The notes below the pieces were generated by a model. That model was given only the letters and a program-made list of their open reading frames with translations. It was not told where the DNA came from and did no database searches. From the NCBI GenBank assembly GCA_023213395.1, contig CM041465.1, positions 67,339,741-67,403,740 on the forward strand: a stretch of DNA of 64,000 bases, given 5' to 3'. A program made the translations under genes and the position numbers. The DNA is from Cycas panzhihuaensis (lineage: Eukaryota > Plantae > Cycadophyta). Of this stretch, positions 27,727 to 38,771 are shown piece after piece. Positions within the stretch are counted from its first letter, which is position 1. Each line of letters opens with the position of its first letter.

Positions 27727-29414
27727 GACAAAGTGAGTTTCATGTATATGGTATACTTTCCACTCTTGATTGTGAATGGAGGGTGATTTAGCTGAAATAT
27801 TAAAAATAATAATAATTAATTTTTAGTATTTTCTCCTCCATATCAGCTAAAGGGAGAAAGCATTTCATGACAATTCATATTTTCATTTCTTGCCATTGAA
27901 CTCCCTCCTTTTTGTACTAGATGTGGATCTCGGCTTGCATTAGGTGTTGACCTTCAAAGTATCTATCTCCAGAATTCTTTACATTTTGTCATATTGAGCT
28001 GGAAATTTAAGTCTGACAACTTTATCGTGTCATGATCTCGTATAGGGGGACTAGAGTGGGACAAGCCTTCTTTTGTACTACTATGTGCAAGTTGAATAAT
28101 TCCAAAGCACTTTGCTTCCCTGCTTTAACATACTCTCGCATATTAGTGCCTGCAATTTTCTATTAAGTGTGTTTCACCGCGTGTTTGGTTAAAATTATTT
28201 TCCATGTAAATCATGGGGATTTTTATTGAATGTAAATGAATTAATCATTGTCGAAAATATTCTTCCATTTATTCACACTACTTTTGTCTGTTTTTCGCTT
28301 CACGTGCTTCTAAAATCCTTGATGTTTCTATGAGAGAATCGTCAGGTGCTTGACAGTCTTTCCATCCTTTTTTCACTGTTTTTTTCTTGGCCCTTAAGAA
28401 CTTTTTCCTTAACTCGTTTTGATATCAATTTTCATATTTCTTTCCTTTTTCAGCTTATTTTTGGGCCCACCTCTTTCGGCAGGTGGTTTCCCAAACTTTG
28501 TAGTCCCATCTCCATTTCATCGTTCTGGGTTCCCCCGGTCTGGTGATTTGTTCCCATATTCTAGATCCCAGCACCTCTCGTCCTTGGATTATTAGCTTCT
28601 AATGCTATTCCTGATGTCCAGTTTGAGCTATGCATATCTTTGTTCATCTAATTTTATATAGTTTGTGTCTTTAATACTCCAAATGTGTTTATGTTTGAAA
28701 TATGACCCATGTGCTTCCAAACAAGGCCCAACCAATTTTAATGCTAACTACAATAAGATTTATAAGTCTGTTCACATTTGTAATCCCGATCTGGATTTGG
28801 TAGTGGTTAACAAATCCTCGCTAACAGCCAATGCAGGAGAGCAGTAGGAAAATATGTTAGTTAGCAACATTCAACTCCTTTCTGCTCTATCTTTTCCTTT
28901 TTTCGAGAATGGGCCATTATTGCATGGGAAAGGTTTAGAAGCACAATATTATAGTCGCATGATACATTATATGCGAGATTTTTGAAAAAGTTCAACGATC
29001 TGAACTTTGGTAGGATTCAACTTTGTTTACTAGTTAAAGCTGTCTGCCAGTAAGCCCTTCCATTTGACTTCCAGCAACAGTACTAAATTCCTTCGGCCAA
29101 ATTAGTATTCTCGTTATCACCTTTTAAATAGCTTTTTGTTCTATTAAAGTGGTCTTATTATGCTAATTCGGGATTCACAATGTTTCCACGGATGCATTAA
29201 ATAGATAACCCTCGGAAGTACAATTGGTTTAATGTATTTGTCGGAACATATCGATATGCAAGAATGTTGTCACTTTAATACTTTTCCAAGAGTATGTGTC
29301 CTCTTGAATTATTGTGACAAACATGCATTAACTTTTTTTCTCTCATTTGTACACAACGTTTAATATTTTGAATAATGATTGTGAAGATACCCTGATTTGC
29401 ATATGTTTGCGAAG

Positions 29415-29822
29415 ATATCAGATGATGGTGTTAATTGCTCACATGGAAAGCAGCTTTGGAAGCTTTGCAATGAGAAGAATGAGACATTATGGTTAAAGGG
29501 AGCTGGTCATTGCAATTTGGTGCTTTATCGGGAGTACATAAGACATCTTAGAAAATTTATATTAATAGTTGAAAAATCAACTTTGCCCAGAAACGGTTCA
29601 AGGAGTGTTGATCATTCTACCCCTTCAAAGATGAGCATTGACCGGCGAGAGAAATCCAGGACTAGCACAGATAGACCAGAGAAGGTGAGGAGCAGTATTC
29701 AGCATCACAATTCAAATAATAGTATTGAACAACAAGATAATCGAATTGCATTGATCGCTTTGAAAAGTATAGATCGCTTTGAGAAAGCAACGACCAATGT
29801 CGATCGACTAGAAAGATCCTGA
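29415..29822 (+). pseudogene. ABHD17: Terminal exon of a plant ABHD17-like alpha/beta hydrolase (acyl-protein thioesterase family), degenerate
   Basis: [48 protein letters not shown] resembles the plant ABHD17-like consensus as I recall it ([50 protein letters not shown]). It is followed by an R-x-S-x-D-R repeat tail. The splice acceptor is degraded, one IDRFEK repeat is out of frame, and no upstream exon was recognised. Confidence 0.8.
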
Positions 29823-30432
29823 ACTGGTTAGATCCTGGAATATGTAATCCCGCAAGGTTAGGCCATGTATCGAAGAGCAATTTAACTCCGCATGTTGGCA
29901 AAGGTTTGTCCGAATGTGATGTAAGAAGTTTCAAATCAATGTGTCAACAATATGATATCAGAAGCAAGACTTCATGAGCTTTGTTTTAGCGTTGTTCACT
30001 TCATTTTTTGTATGTAGATGCACTCGCTAATTTAGCCCTTGAAGGTGAAGCATGAATGAACATGGCAATAAGGGCTGTCTGTGTTTGACTTTGACAAGAG
30101 TGCATAAGTTTAGCTTTTCATTTCTACACTCAAGAGGAATAGTTGCTTTGACTGATTTTACAACTATTTGAGTTATGACCACAACAATTAGTAGCAGAAA
30201 ACGGTTCTTGGTGGTAAGCATTTTAAAAGTTTTTAAGTTTTCAAAGCAATCCTTGTATTTATGCTAGATCAATTTAATGTATAAATTATGTTGTTGCAAT
30301 AGCTAGGTATGCATCTAAAAATAATATGTATTGGTAAGTGTATATGAAAGTATAAAAAATACAACAATGTCCAATGTCTTAGAGGGCCCAACATCACAAC
30401 ACTATTAACCATATCAAATGCAGGTTAATAAT

Positions 30433-31088
30433 TGTTAGAATTAATGTTTAAGAGTTTGTATTAGGACATAATTTAGGGTTATAATTTAATGTCGTAATCC
30501 TACTATGTCCGGTGGCTTTTATATATATATGGGCAATTCACACAAGTCAACATTTGGTTAATGCAATGTTCACAATAGTTACAAAGTCTATAATGTATAA
30601 GCAAGACGTGCAAGATCACTTATTAGTTCAATGGACAATCATGAGTTGTATTAATATCTATATCAGTATTGTATATACAACAATATAAAGTTCCTGATTA
30701 ATTATAAAGAAATGTTGACCGTAGATCATTTCTACCTATGAAATATTATGATGTAATTTTGTCACTGGCTCATATTTTTTATATTTGATCTTAGAGCTAA
30801 GTTCTTCCTATAGAAGAGATAGCTTTACTATTCCATATTTTTTTATGGAGCTAGAAATTTGGTGGAACACAGTTGCTGGAGTTTGTAAAGTTGTAGTGCT
30901 AGTTTTTTCCAAATTCAAAAGAAGAATTTAGAACTTTGTTAAAGAAAGAACTTGTTAGAGGATTTTTGAAGTGTCAATGGAATTGCAAATTCTAAGGTAT
31001 CATATTTGAAAGGTTATTTAGTTAGGTATACTATGATTTTTAAAACACAAAAAAAATATAAAATAGTGTGAAGTTTGTGAAGATTTTA
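30433..31088 (+). mobile_element. Probable 5' LTR plus start of the leader of an old Copia element (Z), cut by element A
   Basis: TGTTAGAA start at 30433, TATA run at ~30520, decayed PBS-like TTTGATCTTAGAGC at ~30784-30797. It plausibly resumes after 53678. Confidence 0.4.
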
Positions 31089-31411
31089 TGAAGTGATCCT
31101 AGATTAAATTCACTTCTTAAAAAACAAAAGAAAGCTAAAATAAAAGTTGAATAAACAAAATTTCCCTAGGCACCAAGTGCTAAAATAAATTAGGATTAAC
31201 CTAAAAGAATAAAATTTACAAAATGATTTATAGGTCTTCCTTATCTATATGTTATAATATGGATTCTTACTAGAAAAATAGCTTCAATAATAATATTACT
31301 AATAAAATATTAGTTTCGTATTAATTTAAAAATACCAACTCTATAATAATAATAACAAAACCAACTTCTAATATAATACCAACTTCTCCTAAATAGATTA
31401 TGATCACTACA
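31089..31411 (-). repeat. Element A 3' LTR
   Basis: TGAAGTGATCCT...TGATCACTACA; aligns to 53379-53677. Confidence 0.75.
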
Positions 31412-31999
31412 ATCCATCTCACCTTCAAGGAATACCTCACCCATAAAGTATTACAACCTTGTTATTTGAAGTTCAAGCATGCATTTGCTTGTGCATATTT
31501 CTAACCCTTCACCTACTGTGGCATAGTATCATAGAATTTTGATTCTTCTTTATTTTATTTTCTATATCCTCTTACTATATTTTACTCTACTCTATTAGGA
31601 TTTACTTTTATATGTGACTCTTTGTAATCAATCTTGAGACTTGCATGCTTTAAGGTCATATTTCCTACTTGTATGTTATGTCCACTTATAGTTATCCTTA
31701 AGGGAAAATTAAGAAAATATGGGGGAAAGGCATGCATCATGGAAATTGTATTGAGGAGATAGATTTTAGGAATAAGTAATATGAGTGTAAGTATGGAATT
31801 ACATGTAAGAAACATACAATGTGAAGGGTAGATTGCATGAGAGAAGATATATGTGGATATATATTAAAGATAGGTAACTAAAAAGCATAAGGCACAGATA
31901 AGTTGTATCAAGGGAAAAACTAGGTGGGAAGTATGTATGAATGGAGAATGTGATATATGACAATTAAGTTCATAAAATAAAATGAATTTATGGGTGATG

Positions 32000-32356
32000 T
32001 GTTAGAAGCAAGTTATAGAGTGGGAGATTACATTAGTGAGTGAATAGTTGTAAAGTGAAAATTAAACTTCTGAATAATATGTTGGTAGTGTTAAAAAATA
32101 CTAGGAAGGTATTCCCACCCCATTTATAGGCAAGTTTGGGGAGGCAGCAAGTGCCTCAACCCAACACAATTAAAATTCAAAATAATATTAAAAATATTAA
32201 ATAATAATTAAATACATACCTCAAAGTAGATGCGTCAGCTCCTTTGGCAACTTGTGGTGGCTACTAGGTGGCCTGAGGTGTCCTAAAGAGGGCCAAGGTT
32301 GCTTTGAGGGACCCTAGATGCACATTAGCATGGGAACATTAGGTATTATCCCAACA
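32000..32356 (-). repeat. Element B 3' LTR (~357 bp)
   Basis: TGTTAGAAG...TATCCCAACA, adjacent to a PPT-like tract. Confidence 0.93.
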
Positions 32357-32379
32357 TTCTCATCCATAATGACCAATGT

Positions 32380-33043
32380 GAAGAAATCCCAATTTGTCTC
32401 CGAATTTCTAAAATTTGACTTTGCCCAATACTTTTGGAAGATATCTAGTGCTTGGTCTTGAGTACTAAAACATACTAATTTAATCTCTTCTGTTTGCTCT
32501 AACTTTTAAATGAAGTGATGATGTATCTCAATATATTTTGTTCTTCAATGAAAAAATAGGTTCTTTGCCATTTGTATTGTACTCTGATTGTTATACCAAA
32601 TTCTTATGGGACCTTTCTGTTTTAGTCGAAAAGTCTTGGATTACTCTTTCCAACCATAATGTTTCATATACACCAGCAACTGCTGCTTTACACTCTACTT
32701 CAACTATATATAGAGAAATTATTTTTTGTTTCTTGGTGCTCCATGCTATAGCTGCCAATCCCATACTAAATATATAACCTGGAGTTGATTTTCTGTCATC
32801 GATATCACCTGCCTGATCTAAATCTATATAACCTATTAACCATAATTTTGATGAAGCTTTAGAATATAACCCGTATTTTGAAGTGCCTTTGAGATAACGA
32901 GGAATTCTTTTGGCTACTTGCCAATGAGTGGTCTTTGGATCTTACAAGAGTCTAGATACGATACTAACTGAATATGTTATATTAAGTTGAGTGGATATCA
33001 AATAGATCAAGCTACTGATTAGTTGTTTGTAGAATGTAGGATC
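32380..33043 (-). pseudogene. Element B RT C-terminus and RNase H
   Basis: DPTFYKQLISSLIYL, HWQVAKRIPRYLKGT, GDIDDRKSTPGYIF, WSTKKQK. Confidence 0.9.
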
Positions 33044-33610
33044 TAAAGGAAAAAATATGGAGCCAAAGTGCTCTGATACCAAATGAAGGAAAATATAGAG
33101 CCAAACTATGCTCTGATACCAAATGATGGAAATATAATAGCAGGACTATGCTCTGATACCAAATGATGGAACTAATAGCCAGACTATGCTCTAATACCAT
33201 ATAAAGGAATATATACTAGTAAGAGAACAGGTCAGAACATATATCAAATAACCATAAACTAGTATTGCATCAATACATCAATGTGTCACAATCATAATAG
33301 CATAAAGAGCATGAAAGCCTTGTTGTTCAATCCATTGTAGCAATAATGAGCATTACAAATCTCCTCAAAGGTAGGCGGTGTCTAAAGACACCAAGGTTGT
33401 ACACCCTATAATATAAATAGTTTTGAGGGAGGAGGGAAACTCATCAACCCCTGAATTCAAATTAATAATAAAATAATACAAACTTAACTCAAATGAAACT
33501 AACTCAACTTACCTTAACTTACCTTGACATGTTGAGCATCACATGTCTAAATTGAGGTGTACAATCCTGGTAGGTAAGAGGGAGTTGAGTGATGACATTA
33601 CACTCCAACA
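33044..33610 (-). repeat. Element C 3' LTR containing 4 internal PBS copies
   Basis: GCTCTGATACCA at 33070, 33110 and 33150, plus variant GCTCTAATACCA at 33188. Confidence 0.95.
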
Positions 33611-34347
33611 TTCTCCCCCTTAATGTCAACACGAACACTTGTATCTTTTCCTTGAACTTATGGAACTGGTACTTGAAAAAAACTTTGAAATTCTGATCTT
33701 GATCTTTATCATCTCTTCTCACCCTTATAGTCACATATATCTCTTTATCATAGAATGATGTAGGAAGACTATAAGTAGATGAAACTTGATGCAAATGTAG
33801 ATGAATAGCTGTAATTTGGACTTTATCAACTGGAACATTAGGAAGGCTTTGAACTTGAACTTTTGTAATCTTTATACTTTGAACAACTGTCATATCATCA
33901 GGTTCATTCTTCATTATGTTATAAGATTCATCTTCATGATGCTCCCCCTCAAATGGAGGATCAAATCCTTGTGCAACAAGGTGGTCCTGCATTTGATCTG
34001 AATCCTCATAGGTGTTATCGTCATGATCTACTTGTTCTATTACCTGTCTCACATGCTCATCAAAAAATTCATTAAATACATTTGGGGTATCTCCCCCATA
34101 AATGGAAATCAATAAATCCCAAACAGACTTAGATGTTGTTAATTCGTAAACCAAAGTGAAAAACATCATCAGTTATAGTGCAAAATAATAAACCTAAAAC
34201 TTCATTATCTTTTCTAAAAAATTTTTTAATGCTAAGGTCACATTCATCTTGTAAATACTTCAAAAGATCATACTCAATAAAGTAAGTTTGCATGGTGTCA
34301 TACCATAGTGAAAAGTTATGGCCATCAAAAATGGGGAATTGTGCCAT
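33519..34347 (-). pseudogene. Element C mini-ORF: Copia Gag N-terminal domain, acidic linker and RNase H-tail-like end (one frameshift)
   Basis: ORFs 34129..34347 and 33519..34169 join if one base is removed near 34155: FPIFDGHNFSLWYDTMQTYF...SKSVWDLLISIYGG...FHKFKEKIQV..LRGRML. Confidence 0.8.
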
Positions 34348-35734
34348 TTTGAAAGCAATGTAATCAATAAGAAAATAATGATGTGTTTGAAAGCAAACTT
34401 AAAAAATCTTTTTCACTTATGCAAAACTTGAAATAAACTTTTGAGAATAAATAGTTTTCAAAAAATGCCAATTTCTCACATAAGTAATGTAAATCTTCAA
34501 TATAAAAAAACTTCCTTTTTGTATAAAAGTAACTTTTCTTTGAGAAAAATATATATTACCTTATGAACAAATGCTGGTTCAAAACAACTTAAAAATGCTT
34601 GTAGAAAGATCAAGCAGAAACCTTGAGTAAACAATGAGATATGAACTAGAATTTTCTTTAAAATTTTGAAAAAATACAAGCTTATTGGGATGTACTTGTA
34701 TGCTCAACTTTAACAGCTTTAAAACTATACTTAATAATGTCAGAATAACTTAAGACTCTACCAATATGTAGATTAATGAGGTGTGAATCCAATGAAATAA
34801 ACGGTTTTGAAAATAGGTACCAATAAATCACGATTTGAATGAGTCAAAAGAATGGACCCCCTTATGGAGCCTAACAGGAGCAGGGTAGTCAAAATTTGCA
34901 TAAAATTACTAATTAACCTTTAGAAAAAGGTTGAACAAATGATCAAATATTGTTTATAAAGTAATCAATATTCTTTCAATTGAAAATTTTTGAAAAATAT
35001 ATTAAAAAGGTGTAAAAAACAGTAGATTTGAGGTAATAAGGTACCTCAAACTTGACTGATTTAAAATTCAAGAAGATAATGTCAAAATACATTAAAAAAT
35101 ATGTCAAAATGAAGAGAAATGAGTCATCTTCCCAACGAAGCTGACGGAATTGAAATCTGATAAAAAATGAAAAAGTTATAATGAAAAATGTAACAGGTAT
35201 TTTTATGTAGGATGTTAGGAAATAGGCAAAAATAACTAAATTCCTTATTTCAGCGATTAAAATATTAATGAAGGTGAACTCAAAAAATTAAAGTAAGAAG
35301 TAGGTTTTAAAGTCTATACAACGTAGATCACTATAGAGGTAATTTGGGCAAAAAACAGTTTACCAGTAATAAATGACAGCCAGTTCTATAAACGATTTTG
35401 TTAAAAATGCAAAAAAAACTGAAATTTTGAAAGTCTAATGTTAAAAATGGTCGAAACAGGGTCAAATTGGCACCAAATTGGTCATATGACTAGTCAAAAT
35501 TGGTGTACAGAAAATTTTTGATCTATTGGGGTAGGTTTCGTCTGAAATCGATAAGCTAGCGAGAAGTTATGGCTACAAAAGTGCCAATAACCCTATGAAA
35601 AATAAAATTTTAAAAAAAATAAAGGTTAAAAGATTAGATTATTAAAAATAGCTTCTTAAAAAATGGGCCTGAAGATGGACTGAGCTGGGATTGAATCCAA
35701 GATCAGTCAGACAATAAACGCCTCTGATACCAGG

Positions 35735-36715
35735 AGGGTGAACTCGCTCATCGAGTTAAAAAAACATAGAAGTTTAAAAACAATATGAGTAATAAAACGA
35801 AACGGCAAACGACAATAAACCAAAGTGCGGTTTAATGCAAATGCATTGAAGAACGCAATAGTGTAAAATGCAAACAAATAATGAACGGGCTGCACGTCGA
35901 GCTGCGAAAATAACGAGAGGCCAACACAAATAATGAAGACAAAATTGAGCCAATAGACGCAATAAATAATGATGCAAGATAAGCATTAGAATGAACGCGT
36001 CAATATATATAAAACAAATAATAACTCAAGCCTTAAATAATGACCGAGTCGAATAAGCCGATTAGTAGATGAGGCAAGCCTTGCACAAATAATGAACGCC
36101 AAGTCCAATGACCGACGCGGCAGGTCACAATAATGAAGCGGCAAATAAACGTCAGTACAACAAAAAACGAATATATAAGACACAAATGATAGTGCGCCGA
36201 TGAGGGCGCGATGAAGCACGGAACATAAGATGCAAATGTGCAGACCGAGAAAAAAGGAAGGAACAACGCAACTGCACGGAGGGCAGAATGGCCGACGAGC
36301 CTGCACGGAGGCCGAGGTATTAAAAACGGAAACGACAGAGCCAAACAAATGAATACAGACGGAACGAGCATGCACGGAGGCGGAGACCGAGGCGATGTAG
36401 GCCGAACGCGTAGACCCAGCGACGCAGGCCGACAATAAAGCGGCGATGCAGGCGAGGTAATAAATAATGCTGCAACGTGCCAATATCAGAATGAACGCGC
36501 CAACGGCAATATATATAATAAATAACGACGTAAGAGATGGAAGGCCCTTAGCTGCACCGCTGATTGTACAATGAATAGCAGAGATAATGAATGATTACAA
36601 GGCTTAGACGCAGGCCGAGCTAACACGGTGGCTGCGCGCCGATGTACAATAACGTAATGAATACGCTAGTAGACGCTGTTATTATTAGCGTCAAACGGGA
36701 GGATTAGCGATATAT
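35735..36715. repeat. CpG-rich degenerate repeat island inside C
   Basis: Recurrent AAATAATGA (35876, 35928, 35964, 36035, 36087, plus variants), TGCACGGAGG x3, AGAATGAACGCG x2. Confidence 0.7.
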
Positions 36716-36720
36716 ATATT

Positions 36721-37376
36721 AAATCGAGTCAAAATTTGGAGAAGACTCGTGTTGCCTTAACTCAAGCAGAGAAAAATGTCAAGGGCAAGACAAAGGATAT
36801 TGAAGATATAGTGGCAGCACGAAAGTTGCTTTAGAGGGCCGATATGCTACAATGGATCAACTTATGAAGCACCTCAGTGAGTTGGAGGCAGCTGCAGTGA
36901 CACAGAAAAATGAGGTTGAAAATGGTAAGCTAGAGGTAATAATCTAAGAAAATGCAAAATTGTCTGAACAATTTACAGGAAAGTAATGCAGCAGTTAGAA
37001 AGTTGCAGGAGCATTCTGCAGAGCTTCAGAGGCGTTTGATTGATTTTGAACAAGGAGTTTATCAATTTTCAGAGCATCAAGGAGTAGTAATGCTAATGAT
37101 AGGGAGTGTAATATGACGCAGGTTGTCTTGAGATTAACTCATTGGAAAGTAAGATAGCCCCAAATCAACGCAGCTAGGGGATTAGTTGGTAGAGCAGTGG
37201 GCTATGTCCAGGGTGCTTGTGGATAACTCTTAGAAAATATCTTGCAACAATGAGCAGTAATGACAAAAATAATTAACTTGATCATGCAAGTTTAAAGGAT
37301 GGGCACAAAATATAAACAGGGATGCTACACTCTCAAACTCTTAGAGGATGAGGATGTTAACCTTAGAAAGACGCTT
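36721..37376 (+). pseudogene. Captured fragment of a cellular coiled-coil protein gene, frameshifted
   Basis: NLEKTRVALTQAEKNVKGKTKDIEDIV / LMKHLSELEAAAVTQKNEVENGKLE / LQESNAAVRKLQEHSAELQRRLIDFEQ; heptad-like E/K/Q/L-rich, not a TE domain. Confidence 0.6.
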
Positions 37377-38519
37377 TCACTTGCTACTCACTGGAAACAG
37401 ATTGTCCTGTACTTGGAAGATGTAGTCAAGAGCGTGGGTTCCACCCAAACGGGTTTTTCTTAGCCTTTTCAGCTTTTGCCAAAGAATGCACTGCAAAAGC
37501 ACATAGGCTTCACACAAAGCAAACCCTTCTTGGGGTTTTATCGCATCACCAATGATAACCAAAGAAATGAATGAAGGATGTTGGGCTTACGATGTTGGAT
37601 GGAATATTTCAAAACAAACATATATTTATACAAGAAAATATCATAGATATATTTTCAAATATGTTGCAGGTATATGAAAAAGGATACAGAGATTTTACAT
37701 AAATTTCTTCAAATAATATCAGTAAAACAATTTAATGGAGCAATATACTCATATAACAGAGTCACAATAGTGATAAAATTTTCAAATATTTTGAATAGAA
37801 TATATCATAAAAAATGCTTATATAAAAAAATTACAAAGAAATATATTGAACAGATATATAAAATGTGTGTAAATTTGAAAGGACCTGGAATACGCAGGTG
37901 TAGTTACCTTGATCTTGTGTATATCTTCTTCAAAAGGCTGAATATGCCTCAAATACTGTAGATCTGATAAACAGTCTTGAAAATATAGTCAAAAAATATG
38001 ATAAAAAATGTAGATCTGAGCTAAATGTAGCAGAAAATGCTGAAAAAACCTAATACAATAAGCAGATTTATAATAAAAATAGCAGATCTGAAGTAACAAA
38101 TTGCAGATATTTAAAGAAAACTTAATAACTTTTGTATGCAGCTGATGCTCTTTTGCAAATCTGCGAAAAATATCAAATAAGTAGACAAAAAAACTTGTAA
38201 ACTGTCAAAATATATGATAAATCTGTAGATCTGAAGAGAAAATAACTTAAATATGAGAATAAAACTTGAATGTATATAACTTGCTGCTAAAAATCCTACG
38301 TAGATCTGCACAAATCTGAAAATAGATTTCAGTAATATTTGTTGAACCAGAAATATAGCTCAATAATAATCAAAATCTACTGAAATAATACATAAAACTT
38401 GCTAAAATTTTTCAGAAAATAAATCTAGTTAATATATATTGCTTGTAAAAAAATCTGTTGTAGAATGCTAGTAGATCCTGTTGCTCTTCTTCAAAACTTC
38501 AGCAGGTCAGCAATCGCCT

Positions 38520-38771
38520 GCTCTGATACTAAATGTTAGAAATAATAATAGCAAGACTATGCTCTGATACCAAATGAAGGAAATAATGTTTGCAAGACTA
38601 TGCTCTGATACCAAATGAAGGAAAAAATATATAGCCAAAGTGCTCTGATACCAAATGAAGGAAAATATAGAGCCAAACTATGCTCTGATACCAAATGATG
38701 GAACTATAATAGCAGGACTATGCTCTGATACCAAATGATGGAACTAATAGCCAGACTATGCTCTGATACCA
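38520..38771 (-). repeat. Array of 7 tRNA-iMet primer-binding sites, ~38-41 bp period, variable spacers
   Basis: GCTCTGATACCA (reverse complement TGGTATCAGAGC) at 38520 (variant), 38561, 38602, 38642, 38682, 38722 and 38760. Confidence 0.97.

Noticed and set aside
29397-29414. Start codon for a standalone 141-aa ABHD17-like CDS
   Set aside because: Homology begins at ~29418, and the nucleophile-Ser part of the fold is absent; this is a terminal exon, not a complete gene.
33070-33199. tRNA-Met gene cluster
   Set aside because: Only the 12-nt 3' end including CCA is present; there is no cloverleaf and no A/B boxes.
35707-36483. ORFs of 62-165 aa in the CpG island
   Set aside because: Overlapping frames with Cys/Leu/Phe-biased composition, explained by strand skew and low stop density; no recognisable domain.
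38520-38771. CRISPR array
   Set aside because: The repeat is the tRNA-iMet PBS at an LTR boundary, the spacers are mutually homologous, the context is eukaryotic TE DNA, and no cas genes are present.
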